Shown here piece by piece: positions 50,927 to 64,000 of a stretch of DNA of 64,000 bases. The notes under the pieces were generated by a model that ran no database searches, was not told the DNA's origin, and was given only the letters and a program-made list of their open reading frames with translations. The first letter of the stretch is position 1, and each line of letters opens with the position of its first letter. Position numbers and translations under genes: made by a program. Location of the stretch: the NCBI RefSeq assembly GCF_009914755.1, contig NC_060944.1. The stretch is one strand, 5' to 3'. This stretch comes from the human T2T-CHM13v2.0 reference genome, Homo sapiens.

Positions 50927-51590
50927 CATTCATCCGTCCACCTTGTGGGCTCATCAAGGCTTCCGTATCTTGGCTTTGCTGAATAATGCTGCAATGAGCA
51001 CGGGCATGCGGAGGTCTCTTTGAGATCTGATTTCAGTTCTTTTGGATAAATACCCAGAAGTGGGATTGCTGGATCATATGGTAGGTGGTTGCCTGGGGCT
51101 GGGGCAGGGGAAATGGGAAGTCACTATTCAAGGGATATAAAGTTTCAATTATACAAGATGAATAAGTTCTGGCTGGGCACAGTGGCGCATGCCTGTAATC
51201 CCAGCACTTTGGGAGGTGGAGGTGGATGGATCACTTGAGCCCAGGAGTTCAAGACCACCCTGGCCAAAACATGGTAAAACACCATCTCAATTAAAAAAAA
51301 AAAAAAACAAAATTAACCAGGCGTGGTGTCAGGCACCTGTAGTCCTTAGCTACTCAGGAGGTTGAGGCGGGAGAATCACTTGAACCTGGGAGGCGAAGGA
51401 TGCAGTAAGCCGAGATTATGCCACTGCACTCCAGCCTGGGTGACAGAGTAAGACTCCATCTAAAAAAAAAAAAAATGGTGAATAGATTCTGAAGATCCAC
51501 TGCAGAACATCCAGCCAATGGTATTTTGTTGAGCACTTGAAATTTGTTGAGGATAGATCTCATGTTAAATGTTCTTCCCACAATAATTTT
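50927..51590 (+). mobile_element. L1MB-like 3' end with probable 5' inversion, interrupted by an Alu
   Basis: 50927-51084 antisense L1 (ggataaatacccagaagtgggattgctggatcatatggtag) joined to sense 3'UTR (gtggttgcctggggctgggg...gatagatctcatgttaaatgttctt). Confidence 0.75.
51171..51474 (+). mobile_element. Alu (Sz/J-S intermediate-like)
   Basis: Full dimer with expanded middle A-tract; degenerate TSD gatgaataagttct / ggtgaatagattct. Confidence 0.95.
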
Positions 51591-51784
51591 TGCAAAATTG
51601 CTCGTATTTTTGCAGCATCTCCCAGGTGGGACTGTTCCCTCTCTGCATTTATTTGGGCCTCGGTGTTGCTGATGTTGCAGGGCCTATGGATTTCCAGAAG
51701 AGCCTGAGGGTCTCTTCCCAAGGCGTCTTATGCATGCTGACTGTGTCTTCTCCCTGCGTTCCTTGTTTCAGTTTTTGTCACGAT

Positions 51785-51895
51785 TGTTCATTTGCTCATT
51801 CAACCAGCATCTTTGAGCATCTGCCGTGGGTCAGACCCAGTGCTAGGCACAGGGTGTCATTTTTCTAGTCCCTGGGGGCTCACAGCCTGGTGGGC
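51785..51895 (-). mobile_element. L2 3'-end fragment
   Basis: ttcatttgctcattcaaccagcatctttgagcatctgc...gtgctaggcac...gctcacagcctggtggg. Confidence 0.55.
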
Positions 51896-52024
51896 AAGAG
51901 GAGCACCAACCACAAAACCATGCAGGTGTGGGTGAGACTGGAGTGTCGGTGGGGTTGGGTTGGCCTCCACAGGGAGCGGTGACCTGGTGGTCTCAGCCAC
52001 TACCATGAAATGTGTTACTTCAGC

Positions 52025-52231
52025 CAGAGGGTCTCAACTGGGACAGTTCTGCCCCCAGAGAGCACTTGGCAATATCTGGAGACATTGATGTTTGTGAGTG
52101 GGGGATGGGGGTGCTATTTGCATCTGGGAGGTGGGAGCAGGGGTGCTGCCAAGTGCCCTACCCAGGGCTGCCTCCCAGCAGAGAACCCTTCAGCCCCAGG
52201 TGTCAGCACTGCTGAGGTCGACGAAGCCTGG
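52025..52231 (+). mobile_element. MER20
   Basis: tctcaactggg...cacttggcaatatctggagacatt...gtcagcactgctgaggtcga. Confidence 0.75.
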
Positions 52232-53232
52232 CTTTAGTGAGACCTGAAGATGAACAGGAGCCAAGCAGATGAAGAGGCAGGAAAGGGGCCTGGGCAAAGG
52301 GAGCAGCGTGCGCAGAGGTCCTGTGCTGGGAGGGAGTGTGGGGACACGGCCAGGTGGCTGGAGGGGTGGGCAGGGCTGTGGCGTGAAGACAGTATGTGGG
52401 CAGGGCGGGGTGCACAGGCTCCAGGCCTAGGCGGGAGCCAGGGGAGCTCCTCTTCCTGCCCCTGCTGTGGGGAAGTGTCCCAGGTCTCTCCTCCAGGCTG
52501 GCTCTGTCCAGCTGCTCTAGCCTTTTAAACCCCCGGGTCCTCCCCCAGGGTCCCCTGACACCGTGGGTCCTCGGTGGGGTGGCATTGACCTACCTAGTCC
52601 CGCCTGTGGTCAGCCACACCGCACATTTCCACCTCGAGAGCGCATGCGAGAGAGAGGAAGAGAGAGAAGGCTCTGTGGGTCTCATTAGTCGTTGATTGAG
52701 GTCAGAGAGCTCTGGCGTTTATTTAACTCTGCAAATTAGAACAGTTAATTTCCTGGGAAATGAATAGAGTCTTCTCATTGATCTAGGGAAGAGCGGGTTT
52801 CACCTTAGGAGGGCAGAGGGAGGAGGCGAGGCAGGTTCTGCTAATTCCAGAGGCGGGGTTAATCTTAACAAAAAACGGCTTGATTATCTTTGCTTTTTTG
52901 CTGGAAATTTTTTTTTAATTTTTGATGTCTTAAAAAATATAGCCTTGGAATGCTAATGTTGTTAAGTTTTCCTTAAAACATTTCACATTGTGTGTGTGTG
53001 TGAGAGAGAATATAAGGATTTTTTTCCACGGGTCAGTGTGTTTGGAAGACACCACGTGGCCTCATCTCCCTTGGGTACTTGGGTACCTGATGTATGTGCT
53101 GACACCTTCCATGTAGACGTGCGGTGAGCGGAGGACTTCCGGCTTCGTCAAATTCAGCCGTTGCCACTATTTGATGGCAGAGCCGCCTCCCTGGAGTAGC
53201 CTGCAGAATTGGTGCTTCTCAGCACAGGCCTG

Positions 53233-53527
53233 GGAGATGCTGCGTGCCACGCATGTCACATGATGCCGTGATCAACAGATGACTTAGTTTCCATGATGTT
53301 AACAGGTGACAGCACTGAGCCCTTGTCCAATAGCTGCCAAAGACGCTCACCTCATGTTCCTTAGCTCAGTCCTCTCTGCAGTCTTACAATAAGCATAACA
53401 ATATAACATATAAGAATAATATATTGTAGCATATATTATAATAATAAATATTATATAATAATATAACAAGGAGCTGCATTATTATCCCCATTTTACAGGT
53501 GGGGAAACTGAGGCTCAGGAAGGTGAC
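53233..53527. repeat. Copy B of the ~294-bp dispersed duplication
   Basis: Colinear with 50494-50787. Confidence 0.92.
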
Positions 53528-55797
53528 ATTGAACATGAAACCCCATGCTTGAGGTTACGTGGTTGGTCAGAGGTCCCCCCAGGATACGAACCCCAGGATT
53601 CGGGTCCAGCAGTTCTTCCGGGTCCTTGTACTTGCTTCGGGGATGGTTATTTATTCATTCAGTGCAATGGGGTTGGTGCCGTCTGTGTGCTTTGCACTCT
53701 GCTGGCCTGTGGTTGGGAGCTAACGTTCCTCATTTGACTAACTACCCCCCATCCCCTCCAACTCCCCACATACACAGGAGAGGGGAGGCTGCTAATTCTG
53801 CACCTGAGGCTTCGCCTGGCTCTGTGGGTGCACCAGGCTCAGTCTCTCCCACAGCAGCTGGGAGGTGCCGGCATCAGGATCCGCAGCCCACACCTGCAGC
53901 TGAACTGAGCGGAGACCTGGCTCCTGCAGTATCTGAGCCGCCTCCCCTTTCCTTCCCAGACTGGCATGAAGGGAGAAAGAAGTCAAGATTCTCTGTCTCC
54001 CTTTACAGCCCAGGATGAGTCCCTTCCTTGGTGCCTGAATCCCCTCCTGGGTCCTGGTGTGTGCAGTGGCTGTCACTGCAGCATTCGGGATCCTGGGGTG
54101 TGCTGAGGCAGCAGGAAGCTGTGCCCAGAGCAGCTTTTGTCCCAGAGCCCTTTCCAGGCAAGGCTGTTTGCCAGCCACACAATATGTTCACTTCATCCAA
54201 CGCTGAGACGCAGCCACCGAGGGGTAGCATCCTGGAAGGAACAGATAGATGGCAGGGAGCGGAACACTCACAACTGGAGAGGAAAGTGACAGACTGGGGT
54301 GGGGGCCCCTGGTTCAGTTCCCAGTGGACTTGTGCAGAGGCCTTTGATCGCAGCAGTGCATTTCTTCAAGAGTGTATTGGATGCTCTTCACACAACAGGC
54401 TCTATCCCTGGTGTCCCCTTTGATGTCCCGGGCTGTCAGGAGGTCTTGTTATCTTTTACAGATAGGAACACTGAGCTCTAGAACATTCAAGGATCCTCCC
54501 TGTCATTTCACAGGTGCAGAGTTGAGACTTCCAGCCAGCATCCAAGGGCCTGAGCTTATCTGCCCAGGACGCACTGCCGGATATACCCCTCGCCTCTCCA
54601 AATTTGAGTATTAGGAATGACGGTGGCAAGAGGATAGCAAGGAGGCATGAGGATTCCCTTGCAGCACGGGGTCTTCTGAGAGTCAGCTGGCTTTCCCTAG
54701 GGGAGTGTGCACCTAGAGGACTTCTCTTCGTTAGGAGTGATTGCCACTAGCTGCAGGGCAGCCCAGTGTCCCGAGTGGGTGGCAGGTCAGCCCCTGTCCC
54801 CTCGTCTTGGCCTCTGCATGAACTCATCACACATTTGTTCATCAGCCTGCCAGGAGGGGTTGTTTGGGAAAGTCTTCATCGAGTGAGTGCTTCACCTCCA
54901 CCAGGCATTCATGGCTCACGTGCAGCCTGATTGGAAAGTTCTATTCAGTTGGCTGAATCCATGCACAGGAAGAAACAATACACCAAACACAAAATAATGT
55001 GTGATGCCTATAATTCTTTGGCCACCTGACGTCGGAGCCAGTGACATTCAGCTTCTGCCACCATTCTGTCATGTTACGCGGGCCTGCAACCCCTCCCCAC
55101 CCCTGCTCCCTGACGGTGATAATTTACCAAGACTGGCATCTTCGTGGGTGTTTTAGTCACCAGTTCGGCAATCAGAGCACATTCTGGATGCTTGGGTTTC
55201 TAGGTTGGGGCCACAGGGACTGTGGCTATGCAGGAACACTGAAGGGGGCTCTCCCTGGAGAGGAGGGGCCTCTCATCTTGCCGTCACCTTTAGTACATGC
55301 AAAATGGGTTTGTTTTAGCTCTTGAGAGCATTTCAAAGAGGCTTGTTGCAATTAATGCCTCCCTGTTGGGGAAATTGAGATTGTATGATCCTAAGAGTGG
55401 AAGGACGGAGATGATAATTGTGACTTACCCAGAGACAAGGCCTTTGAACCTGAAGTTACGGGAAAATATTAGCTCTGGTGCCAGCACATTTGAGGGGAGA
55501 TCGCAAAGATGGTTTCCAACAAGATAGAACTTGACACAGCAGTTATGCCATTTACTTTTGTATAAAAATCCAATTGTCTGTCCTTACTGGCTGCCAAGGG
55601 TGTGGGAGTGTGTGCGATACTGAGTAGGGACCCAGATCGTCCAAATGTGGTCCTGGCCTTTGGGTATGAAGTGTGTGCCTGGCTGTGGAGACAGATTTGC
55701 AGAGGGCCAGGGATGCTGGGCCTGAGCAGGGGCTTCTGTATGTGGTACAGTCCAGGAAGCCCTCCTGGAGGAATTTGAATATTAAATTGAAACTGAT

Positions 55798-56224
55798 TGC
55801 ATTAGTGTCCTGGGGCTGCCACAACAAATTTTCCCAAACTGGGGGGGCTTAAAACAACAGATCTCTTTTTCTCTTTCAGTTCTGGGGGCCAGAACTCTGA
55901 TGTCAAAGTGTCAGAGAGCCATGCTCCCTCCGGTAGTTCTAGGGGAGGACCCTTCCTGACTTTGGCCAGCTCCTGGTGGCTGCTGGCAGACCTTGGCTGT
56001 GGGCTCAGATGCTCCAGTATCTGCCTGGCTCATCACGTGGCCTCTTCCTGGTGTGTCTGAGTCTCTTCTGTGTCCACATTTCCCTCTTCTTGTAAGGACA
56101 GCAGTCATGGGGTTAGGACTCACCTTAGTCTGGTATGAACTCATCTAATTTGTACCCAATAAGGGCACCTTCTGAGTTTCCAGAGGAATGTGACTTTTGC
56201 AAGCATGCTGCTCAACCCAGTACA
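55798..56224 (-). mobile_element. MLT1C-like MaLR LTR
   Basis: tgcattagtgtcctggggctgccacaacaaatt...gcttaaaacaacag...ccatgctccctc...ctcaacccagtaca. Confidence 0.8.
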
Positions 56225-58669
56225 CCAATCCACAATGAATATGAAAGAGGAGCAGTGGAGGAGATTCTAGCGCCCAGGAAGAGTTGCCCTAAGTCATCTT
56301 CAAGGCACTTCGGCTGTGTGTCCATCTGCACACCTCCCCATTTATAGAGGGTGTGGCAGGCACTTGACCCAGGAGAGCTTTGGGACATGGAACTCGCTGG
56401 GAGGCCATCAAATAAGGAGATGCAAGAACAATTTCCGAGACCACATCGAGCCTGTTTCTTAAGCTTGCAGGAAGCACTCACAGCCATGCCTGCAGGGGTC
56501 CTGGCTCCTACCCCTTGCAGCTGGGGGATGCTGGGCGAGTCCCGTAACCTGCCAGTGCCTCATGTCCAGAGCCACCAGAGGCCCTTTCCCCATGGGGCTA
56601 TGTGGATGTGAGACAAGATGGAACACATCATGTACATCTCACGGTGCCTGACGCACAGCCAGCCATCTGGAAAGAGTGGACGGCATTTTTGCAACATCCT
56701 TCGGTGGGTCATAAGTAAGTGGTCACTGGAAAAAAAAAAAAAAGTCTTGGCTTTTAAAGTCTTTCATGTAGAAAATCTCTTGAAGAGGTTCAGAGGAAGC
56801 TGGCATCCCTGAATTTTGTTTCACGTGGCCGTAAGGCAAATCCAAAGGTATCTTTCTCTTTCTGGAGTGAAGTTGCTATTTTAAATTCTGTTAATGTCCC
56901 CTTACCTGTAGATAGTAGGGCCTTGAAATTTCTCATTTTTTTTTCTGATAAAGGGCAAAAAGAGAAGTAAAGACTGCATTTCTTGAGAGATGTCAGAACG
57001 GGAGGGGTGTGTTTTGGGGAAGAGAGGAAATTCAGGCAGTAAGTGGCCTTTTCATCAGGTGGGGGTCTGTGGGGCAGGGGGTTAGATGTGCAGGGGACAG
57101 CATTTGAGTTCTTGGAGAGATTATGAAGCCAGGAGCACTGGCCCAGGGTGGTGCGACTTGGGGGGGCCACAGCAAAGCGGGCCCCGACAGGAAGGGTTGA
57201 AAATGCCACTCAATGTGCAAGAGTGTTTATAGGTTTAATTTTAAAAAAAGAAAAAAAAGCAGCGCTGTCTGTAAAGAGTTCCATGGCCATCAGCTTTGGA
57301 GGGCTGCCTCCAACAAAGCTAACAGGCTTTACTAGAAAATTTCTTGAAAACCCAACACCATGTGTGCTTCTTGCCACGGGTGCCGACGCAAGTGGGTTGC
57401 CTCTTTTCCCACCAGAGCCCGTCTGGTTGGCCTGGTCAGTGCCGTGCCATTCCCAGCTTCTCGCTCTCCCTGATGGTGGCGGTACCGGTTCAAACCCATC
57501 AGGAAGTGAGGAGCTGCCTGTCCTAATATACCCGTGATAGTAGTGGGAGTGGAACTCACTGTAACTACATTTTCCCTTCTGTTTGTTTTCAGACACTAAC
57601 TTTAAGGGACAAATAGAGTGGAGGATGGAGTAAGGTGGCAGGTCCAAGTTTTTCTCATGGAATCTTGGCTCAGGCAGGGATGGATATGCCACCGTTTGCA
57701 TACTTCTCCACCGCACTGCCTTGTTTTAGGAAGGGCTTAGCCCAAAGTTTAGCTCATACTAGGTTTTGTGAACATATTCAACAAATAAAGGATTGAGTGA
57801 CCTGTTTGAAACCTGTTGGTTTGCTGATTAAAAAATAAGCATAAGAGGAAAATTGCTGAGAAAAAAATGTTATTTTATGAAATACACAACACTCTTTCCA
57901 ATATGTTGTGTGGCTTCAGAATCTTCTGGAAATCCTCCGATAGTCTAGCCAGAGGAGGATATGACATTTTAGTCAATCAATGGTGCAAGCATCACCCTGA
58001 ATCTGTCACAGCATATGAAGTAGATAACCAGTTAAAAAATATTCAGTAAAAGAAAATCAAACTAGCCTTAAAATTACACTGTATGGAATTCCATTCTTCC
58101 TTGATCCAGAAGGCACACAGGTATTCTGGAAGACACTGGGGGTCATGGGAGAGCCTATGTGGCTGCATGTGGGGTTTGCAAATGTGCTGACTGAGTGTCG
58201 GGTGGTGAAATTCCACAGGACACAGCCTCTCCCACACCAGGTCACATCAATTGGTATCAAAAATGAGGTTTTTTTTTCATTTCCTTGGAGGAAAAATGTA
58301 TTTGATTTTAGGTGGATAGAAGGCACTGGTAAATGCAAGATGTGTTACTTCTTACGACTTCTCATCTCAGTAATCCTCAGACTCAGCAAGAGCCAGCTGT
58401 GAGGTGTAGTAAGATACATGAAATAACTATTTTCAGTACTGCCTTCCTATATGTCATCTACAAACAACCTGCTTGTCAGGTGCATTTTTACTGGCTAGAA
58501 GTTTCAAGATTTACCTCCACCAGGCAAGATTACCCCTTACTCTTCATCCTGGTCTCTCTGAGCCATTCTGCAGCAAAGGAGAGGGAAGAGGTAGCCCTGG
58601 GATCCTGTGAGCATTGTGTGAAGTGGTCTACTGGAAGCAAATGATGGCTTTGAAATCTCATCTTTTATC

Positions 58670-59560
58670 TAAAAAAATGTATCCACCCAGAAGCCATAAA
58701 AGAAAAGGCAGATATGTGTGGCTATATAAAAATTGAAGTTCTTCACTGTCAAAACACACAATTTCATTTTTATAGAAATAAATAGAAACCTGAGCAAAAC
58801 TTTTTAAATATATTTGACAATTTTCCTTGATAAATAAAGAGCTCTTTGAAATCAATAAGATAAACACCCACAACTCAATTTGGTGGAGGTTGGGGATGTT
58901 GAAGAAAGAGAGGCTAAATTCTGTGAACCAGTGGAGAATGGACTTTAGGTGATTGAGAAACAGTTTTAAAAGATACTCACATTTACTACATGCAGAATAA
59001 AACTCTGATCTCCTGTTTGACCAGTCAGATTGGCAAAGATTAGAAAGTTCTGATCTCCTGTTTGACCTGTCAGATTGGCGAAGATTAGAAAGTGGGTGCT
59101 CAGGGCTGGGAGGCTGTAGGGAAATCGATTCTCGTGCAGGGAGTTGGTGGAGTACAAATTGCACATTTTGGATGGTCCTTTGACAGCATCCACCAAGATG
59201 TAACATGGACACACCCTTTGACCCAATAATTCCACTTCTGGGAATTTATTCTATAGATGTACCCACAGGTGTGCAGGGGTCTTCACTGCAGGGCTATTTA
59301 TAATAGGAAACTGAAGATTACACACATCTCTAGCAGCTGAGGACTGTCTCACCTCACTCCAGAGCATCCACAGAACAGGACACCAGACGGCTTGCGTAAA
59401 GGATCAGGTGTAGTTTTATGAATGGCCATGGAAATTTGGTCAATAACGGATCTTAACGTGAACAAAGCAAATTCACAGGACAATACTGATGCTTTTGTGG
59501 GAGATGGACTGTATGTTTGATGATATTTGTGCTTATATGTGTTTGTACAACATTTTTAGA
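58670..59560 (+). mobile_element. Ancient L1M (L1ME-like) fragments
   Basis: ccctttgacccaataattccacttctgggaatttattcta and degraded A-rich ORF2-3' sequence. Confidence 0.6.
59004..59093. repeat. 45-bp tandem duplication (2 mismatches)
   Basis: tctgatctcctgtttgacc(a/t)gtcagattggc(a/g)aagattagaaagt at 59004 and 59049. Confidence 0.92.
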
Positions 59561-59691
59561 AAGATATTTGTTAAATGTACAGTTTAGCTAGGGAGCAGGT
59601 TAGAGGATGCAGGGGGACAAAGAGGTCTTTATTTATGTGAATTAGATAGAGTGGACTCAAATTACTCTCTAATAAAATTGCTATTTTTTAA

Positions 59692-59981
<290 letters not shown>

Positions 59982-59998
59982 CAAAATTGCTGTTTTTA

Positions 59999-60325
<327 letters not shown>

Positions 60326-60392
60326 AAATAGTTTGCTCAAGGAGGACCTTGGCCTTTCCTATTAGCTCTGAATGATGAAAACTCCCATTGTA

Positions 60393-60727
60393 CAGATGCT
60401 CCTTAATTTACAGCCCAATAAACCCATTGCAAGTTGAAAAGATAGCTAGTTGAAAATGCACTTAATACACCTCACATGCTGAGCATCATGGCTTAGCCTA
60501 GCCTCCCTTAACCGTGCTCGGAACACTTGCAGGATCATCAAACACAAAGCCGATTTGATAGTAACATGTTGAGTGTCTTGTGCAATTTATTGAACGCTGC
60601 ACTGAAAGTGGGAAACAGACGGCTGTGTGGGTGCCGAGGATGGTTTGTACTGAACGTGTATCATTTTTGTACCATCATAAAGTCAAAAAATTGTAGTTCA
60701 GCTGTCATTTAAGTTGGAGACTGTCTG
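60393..60727 (+). mobile_element. MER47A (TcMar-Tigger) with TA target duplication
   Basis: ta|cagatgctcc...gcttagcctagcct...aagttggagactgtctg|ta. Confidence 0.85.
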
Positions 60728-60790
60728 TACTTGACAGTTGATATGAAATATTCACATACGTTCTGCACTGGAATCCACTCTGCTCCAGTG

Positions 60791-61174
60791 TTTAAGCCCA
60801 GTGTGCTGCGGTGGATTGCAGCATGCGTGGAGGGCACCCAGGTCCTCATGGTTCCCTCGTGGGTCTGGGACGCGGGTCGAGGTGGCTTTAAGCCCAGTGT
60901 GCTGCGGTGGATTGCAGCATGCGTGGAGGGCACCCAGGTCCTCATGGTCCCCTCGTGGGTCTGGGACGCGGGTCGAGGTGGCTTTAAGCCCAGTGTGCTG
61001 CGGTGGATTGCAGCATGCGTGGAGGGCACCCAGATCCTCATGGTTCCCCCGTGGGTCTGGGACGCGGGTCGAGGTGGCTTTAAGCCCAGTGTGCTGCGGT
61101 GGATTGCAGCATGCGTGGAGGGCACCCAGGTCCTCATGGTCCCCCCGTGGGTCTGGGATGTGGGTTGAGGTGGC
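60791..61174. repeat. 96-bp minisatellite, 4 units
   Basis: Units start at 60791, 60887, 60983, 61079. Confidence 0.97.
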
Positions 61175-61384
61175 TGTGAGTGGCTCTTCTGCCCTTGGCT
61201 TCTGTATTTTACAGTAAGAGAGGGCTCTTGCTCTCTCTCTCTCTCTCCTGCTTTGTACTTTCAATCAATCTCTTTCCAGCATAGTTCCCCCTAAAACATC
61301 AGAAAGCTGAGTGAGCCTGTGCTCTCCTCTCAGAGCTTAGCCACTTGCATTCCGCAGACCCTGGATTGTCACTTTAAAAAAAAA

Positions 61385-62187
61385 TTAATTTAATGTAATT
61401 TTAAGTTCCAGGATACATGTGTAGGACATGCAAGTTTGTTACATAGGCAAGCATGTGCCGTGGTGGTTTGCTGCACCTATCACCCATCCCCTAGGTATTA
61501 TGCCCTACGTGCATTAGCTATTTATCCTGATGTTCTCCCTCCCCCCCACCCCATCCCCGACAGGCCCCAGTGTATGTTGTTCCCCTCCCTGTGTCCATCT
61601 GTTCTCATTATTCAGCACTCACTTATAAGTGAGTACATGCAGTGTTTGGTTTTCTGTTCCTGTGTTAGTTTTCTGAGGATAATGGCTTCTGGCTCCATCC
61701 ATGTCCCTGCAAAGGACATGATCTTGTTCCTTTTTATGGCTGCATAGTATTCCATGGTGTATATGTACCACATTTTCTTTATCCAGTCTATCATTGATGG
61801 GCATTTCTGTTGATTCCATGTCTTTGCTATTGTGAATAGGGCTGCAATGAACATACGCGTGCATGTATCTTTATAATAGAATGATTTATATTCCTTTGGG
61901 TATATACCATTTAATGGGATTGCTGGGTCAAATGGTTCTAGATCTTTCTGGTTCTAGATCTTTGAGGAATCTGGTTCTAGATCTTTGAGGAATCATCACA
62001 CTGTCTTCCACAATGGTTGAACTAATTTACACTCCCACCAACAGTGTAAAAGTGTACCTGATTCTCCACAGCCTCACCAGCATCCGCTGTTGTTTGACTC
62101 TAATAATCGCCATTCTGACTGGCATGAGATGATATCTCATTGTGGTTTTGATTTGCATTTCTCTAATGATCAGTGATGTTGAGCTTA
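61385..62187 (-). mobile_element. L1PA (PA8-10-like) 3' end, 5'-truncated
   Basis: Antisense L1 3'UTR; ORF 61612-61854 (MFIAALFTIAKTWNQQKCPSMIDWIKKMWYIYTMEYYAAIK) matches the L1 ORF2 C-terminus. Confidence 0.95.
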
Positions 62188-63265
62188 GGTTGTCCCTTGT
62201 GATGGTTTGATTGTCACCAGAGCAGCCTGTGCTTTGGTTGAATAAGATTCAAGTCGTTGTAGGCAGTTGCCTTCAAGAAGAGTATCCGCATGTCCTGACT
62301 GGGAACGCCTGCCTTCTGGGCAGTGCACCTGGTGCCTGCGGCTGGCTGGGCACCGACATGCTACAGCAGGATGGCCCTCATTCCCACGAACGGGGTCAGA
62401 ACACGGCTGCCACCTTGGGAATTCGCTTTTCTCACGTGAGATTAAGTACTGAAAGTGACTTTCGTATAAGAGCATTATCAAAGTTGCATGGCTCTTTGCA
62501 AAATTCTCTCATCCCTTCCAATCGCTGCCTGGTTTCCTGCTCTGTGGTTGGGCTGTACTTGCTTAGAATATTCCCAAATGATAAAGATTGAGTTGTTTCC
62601 AGTTTCCTATCATAAAATCCTCCTCCCCTGAGTTCCCCTGCACACCTGGGAGAGGGTCTGTGAAACAAGTTCCTAGAAGTGGAATTTCTGGGTCAGTTAT
62701 AAGGTGGCCATTTTGGTGGATGTCATCGAATGATCATTCGAGATTCTGCAATTTCACTCCCACTAACACCTGTGCGAGGGTGCATTTCCACAGCCACCCC
62801 ACGTGTGGGAGGATCTCCGCCAGGGCTGCAGCAGGGAAGGCTGTCTTGGGGCTCGGCGTCTCTGTCCCCATCTCCTTCCATGCCCAGTGCCCAGGAGCCT
62901 GCCATGGCCACAGCTGCACCATCTCCATAGCCACCCTCTAAAGCTCCCACCCTGGGATGAGGCCCTCCCTCAGCCTGTTCTCACTGCCCTCTGGTCCCCT
63001 GAGTCCTCCCCATGGTGGTCAGGAGGAGACTGTGAAAAGCATGAGTCCGACCATGTCACTGCCCTGTTCATGCTTGCTTAGCCTCTGTGTCCAGACCCTT
63101 CGCCGGCACCCAGAGCCAACTCCCACTGGCTGGCCTGGCCATCTCCTCACTGTGTCTGTGCATCAGCCACACTGTCCTTTCTGTTCCTCACACTTGTCCA
63201 GCATGTCCCCCACCAGAGCTGTCCTCTGATCTGCCCACAGCTGACATACAGGTCTCAGCTCAAAC

Positions 63266-64000
63266 CCCACCTCCTGCCTGACCACCTGCCCCAGGCCCAC
63301 CTCCTGCCCCGGCCACCTGCCTCAGATCTACCTCCTGCCCTGGCCACCTGCCCCAGACCCACCTCCTGCCCCGGCCACCTGCCCCAGACCCACCTCCTGC
63401 CCCGGCCACCTGCCCCAGACCCACCTCCTGCCTCAGCCACCTGCCCCAGACTCACCTCCTGCCCCGGCCACCTGCCCCAGACCCATCTCCTGCCCCAGCC
63501 ACCTGCCCCCGCCAACTGCCCCAGGCCCACCTCCTGCCCCGGCCACCTGCCCCAGGCCCACCTCCTGCCCCGACCACCTGCCCCAGGCCCACCTCCTGCC
63601 CCGGCCACCTGCCCCAGGCCCACCTCCTGCCCCGACCACCTGCCCCAGGCCCACCTCCTGCCCCGACCACCTGCCCCAGACCCACCTCCTGCCCCGACCA
63701 CCTGCCCCAGGCCCACCTCCTGCCCCGACCACCTGCCCCAGGCCCACCTCCTGCCCCGACCACCTGCCCCAGGCCCACCTCCTGCCCCGACCACCTGCCC
63801 CAGGCCCACCTCCTGCCCCGACCACCTGCCCCAGGCCCACCTCCTGCCCCGACCACCTGCCCCAGACCCACCTCCTGCCCCGACCACCTGCCCCAGGCCC
63901 ACCTCCTGCCCCGACCACCTGCCCCAGGCCCACCTCCTGCCCCGACCACCTGCCCCAGGCCCACCTCCTGCCCCGACCACCTGCCCCAGGCCCACCTCCT
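63266..64000. repeat. C-rich 31-bp minisatellite CCCACCTCCTGCCCCGACCACCTGCCCCAGG, running off the window end
   Basis: Direct reading; about 23 or more units, diverged at the left edge. Confidence 0.97.

Noticed and set aside
61612-61854. ORF matching the L1 ORF2 C-terminus
   Set aside because: Real homology, but only a remnant of a truncated L1 and not a gene.
63255-63995. Gly/Arg-rich 246-aa ORF
   Set aside because: Translation of the 31-bp VNTR.

Overview
Primate, very probably human, non-coding DNA. It is GC-rich and dense in Alu, L1, MIR, MaLR-LTR and MER elements and minisatellites, as expected of a large intron or intergenic segment in a distal chromosome band. I can support no protein-coding exon, RNA gene or CRISPR array. 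All long ORFs in the track are artefacts of tandem repeats, Alus or GC-rich sequence. The interest lies in genome-dynamics footprints. (1) At 48507-48861 there is a TSD-flanked, poly(A)-tailed retrocopy of a foreign transcript that carried an antisense AluY, with a twin-priming inversion. (2) There are two more 5'-inverted L1 insertions. (3) Two ~300-bp segments are each duplicated non-tandemly 2-2.7 kb away. (4) A head-to-head Alu pair lies only ~28 bp apart. (5) Several structured VNTRs are present (22-, 39-, 31-, 46/43-, 51-, 96- and 31-bp units), some with polarised variants or reiterated TF motifs. I did not find a convincing new biological system. Repeat family names come from recalled consensus sequences, not from a RepeatMasker run.
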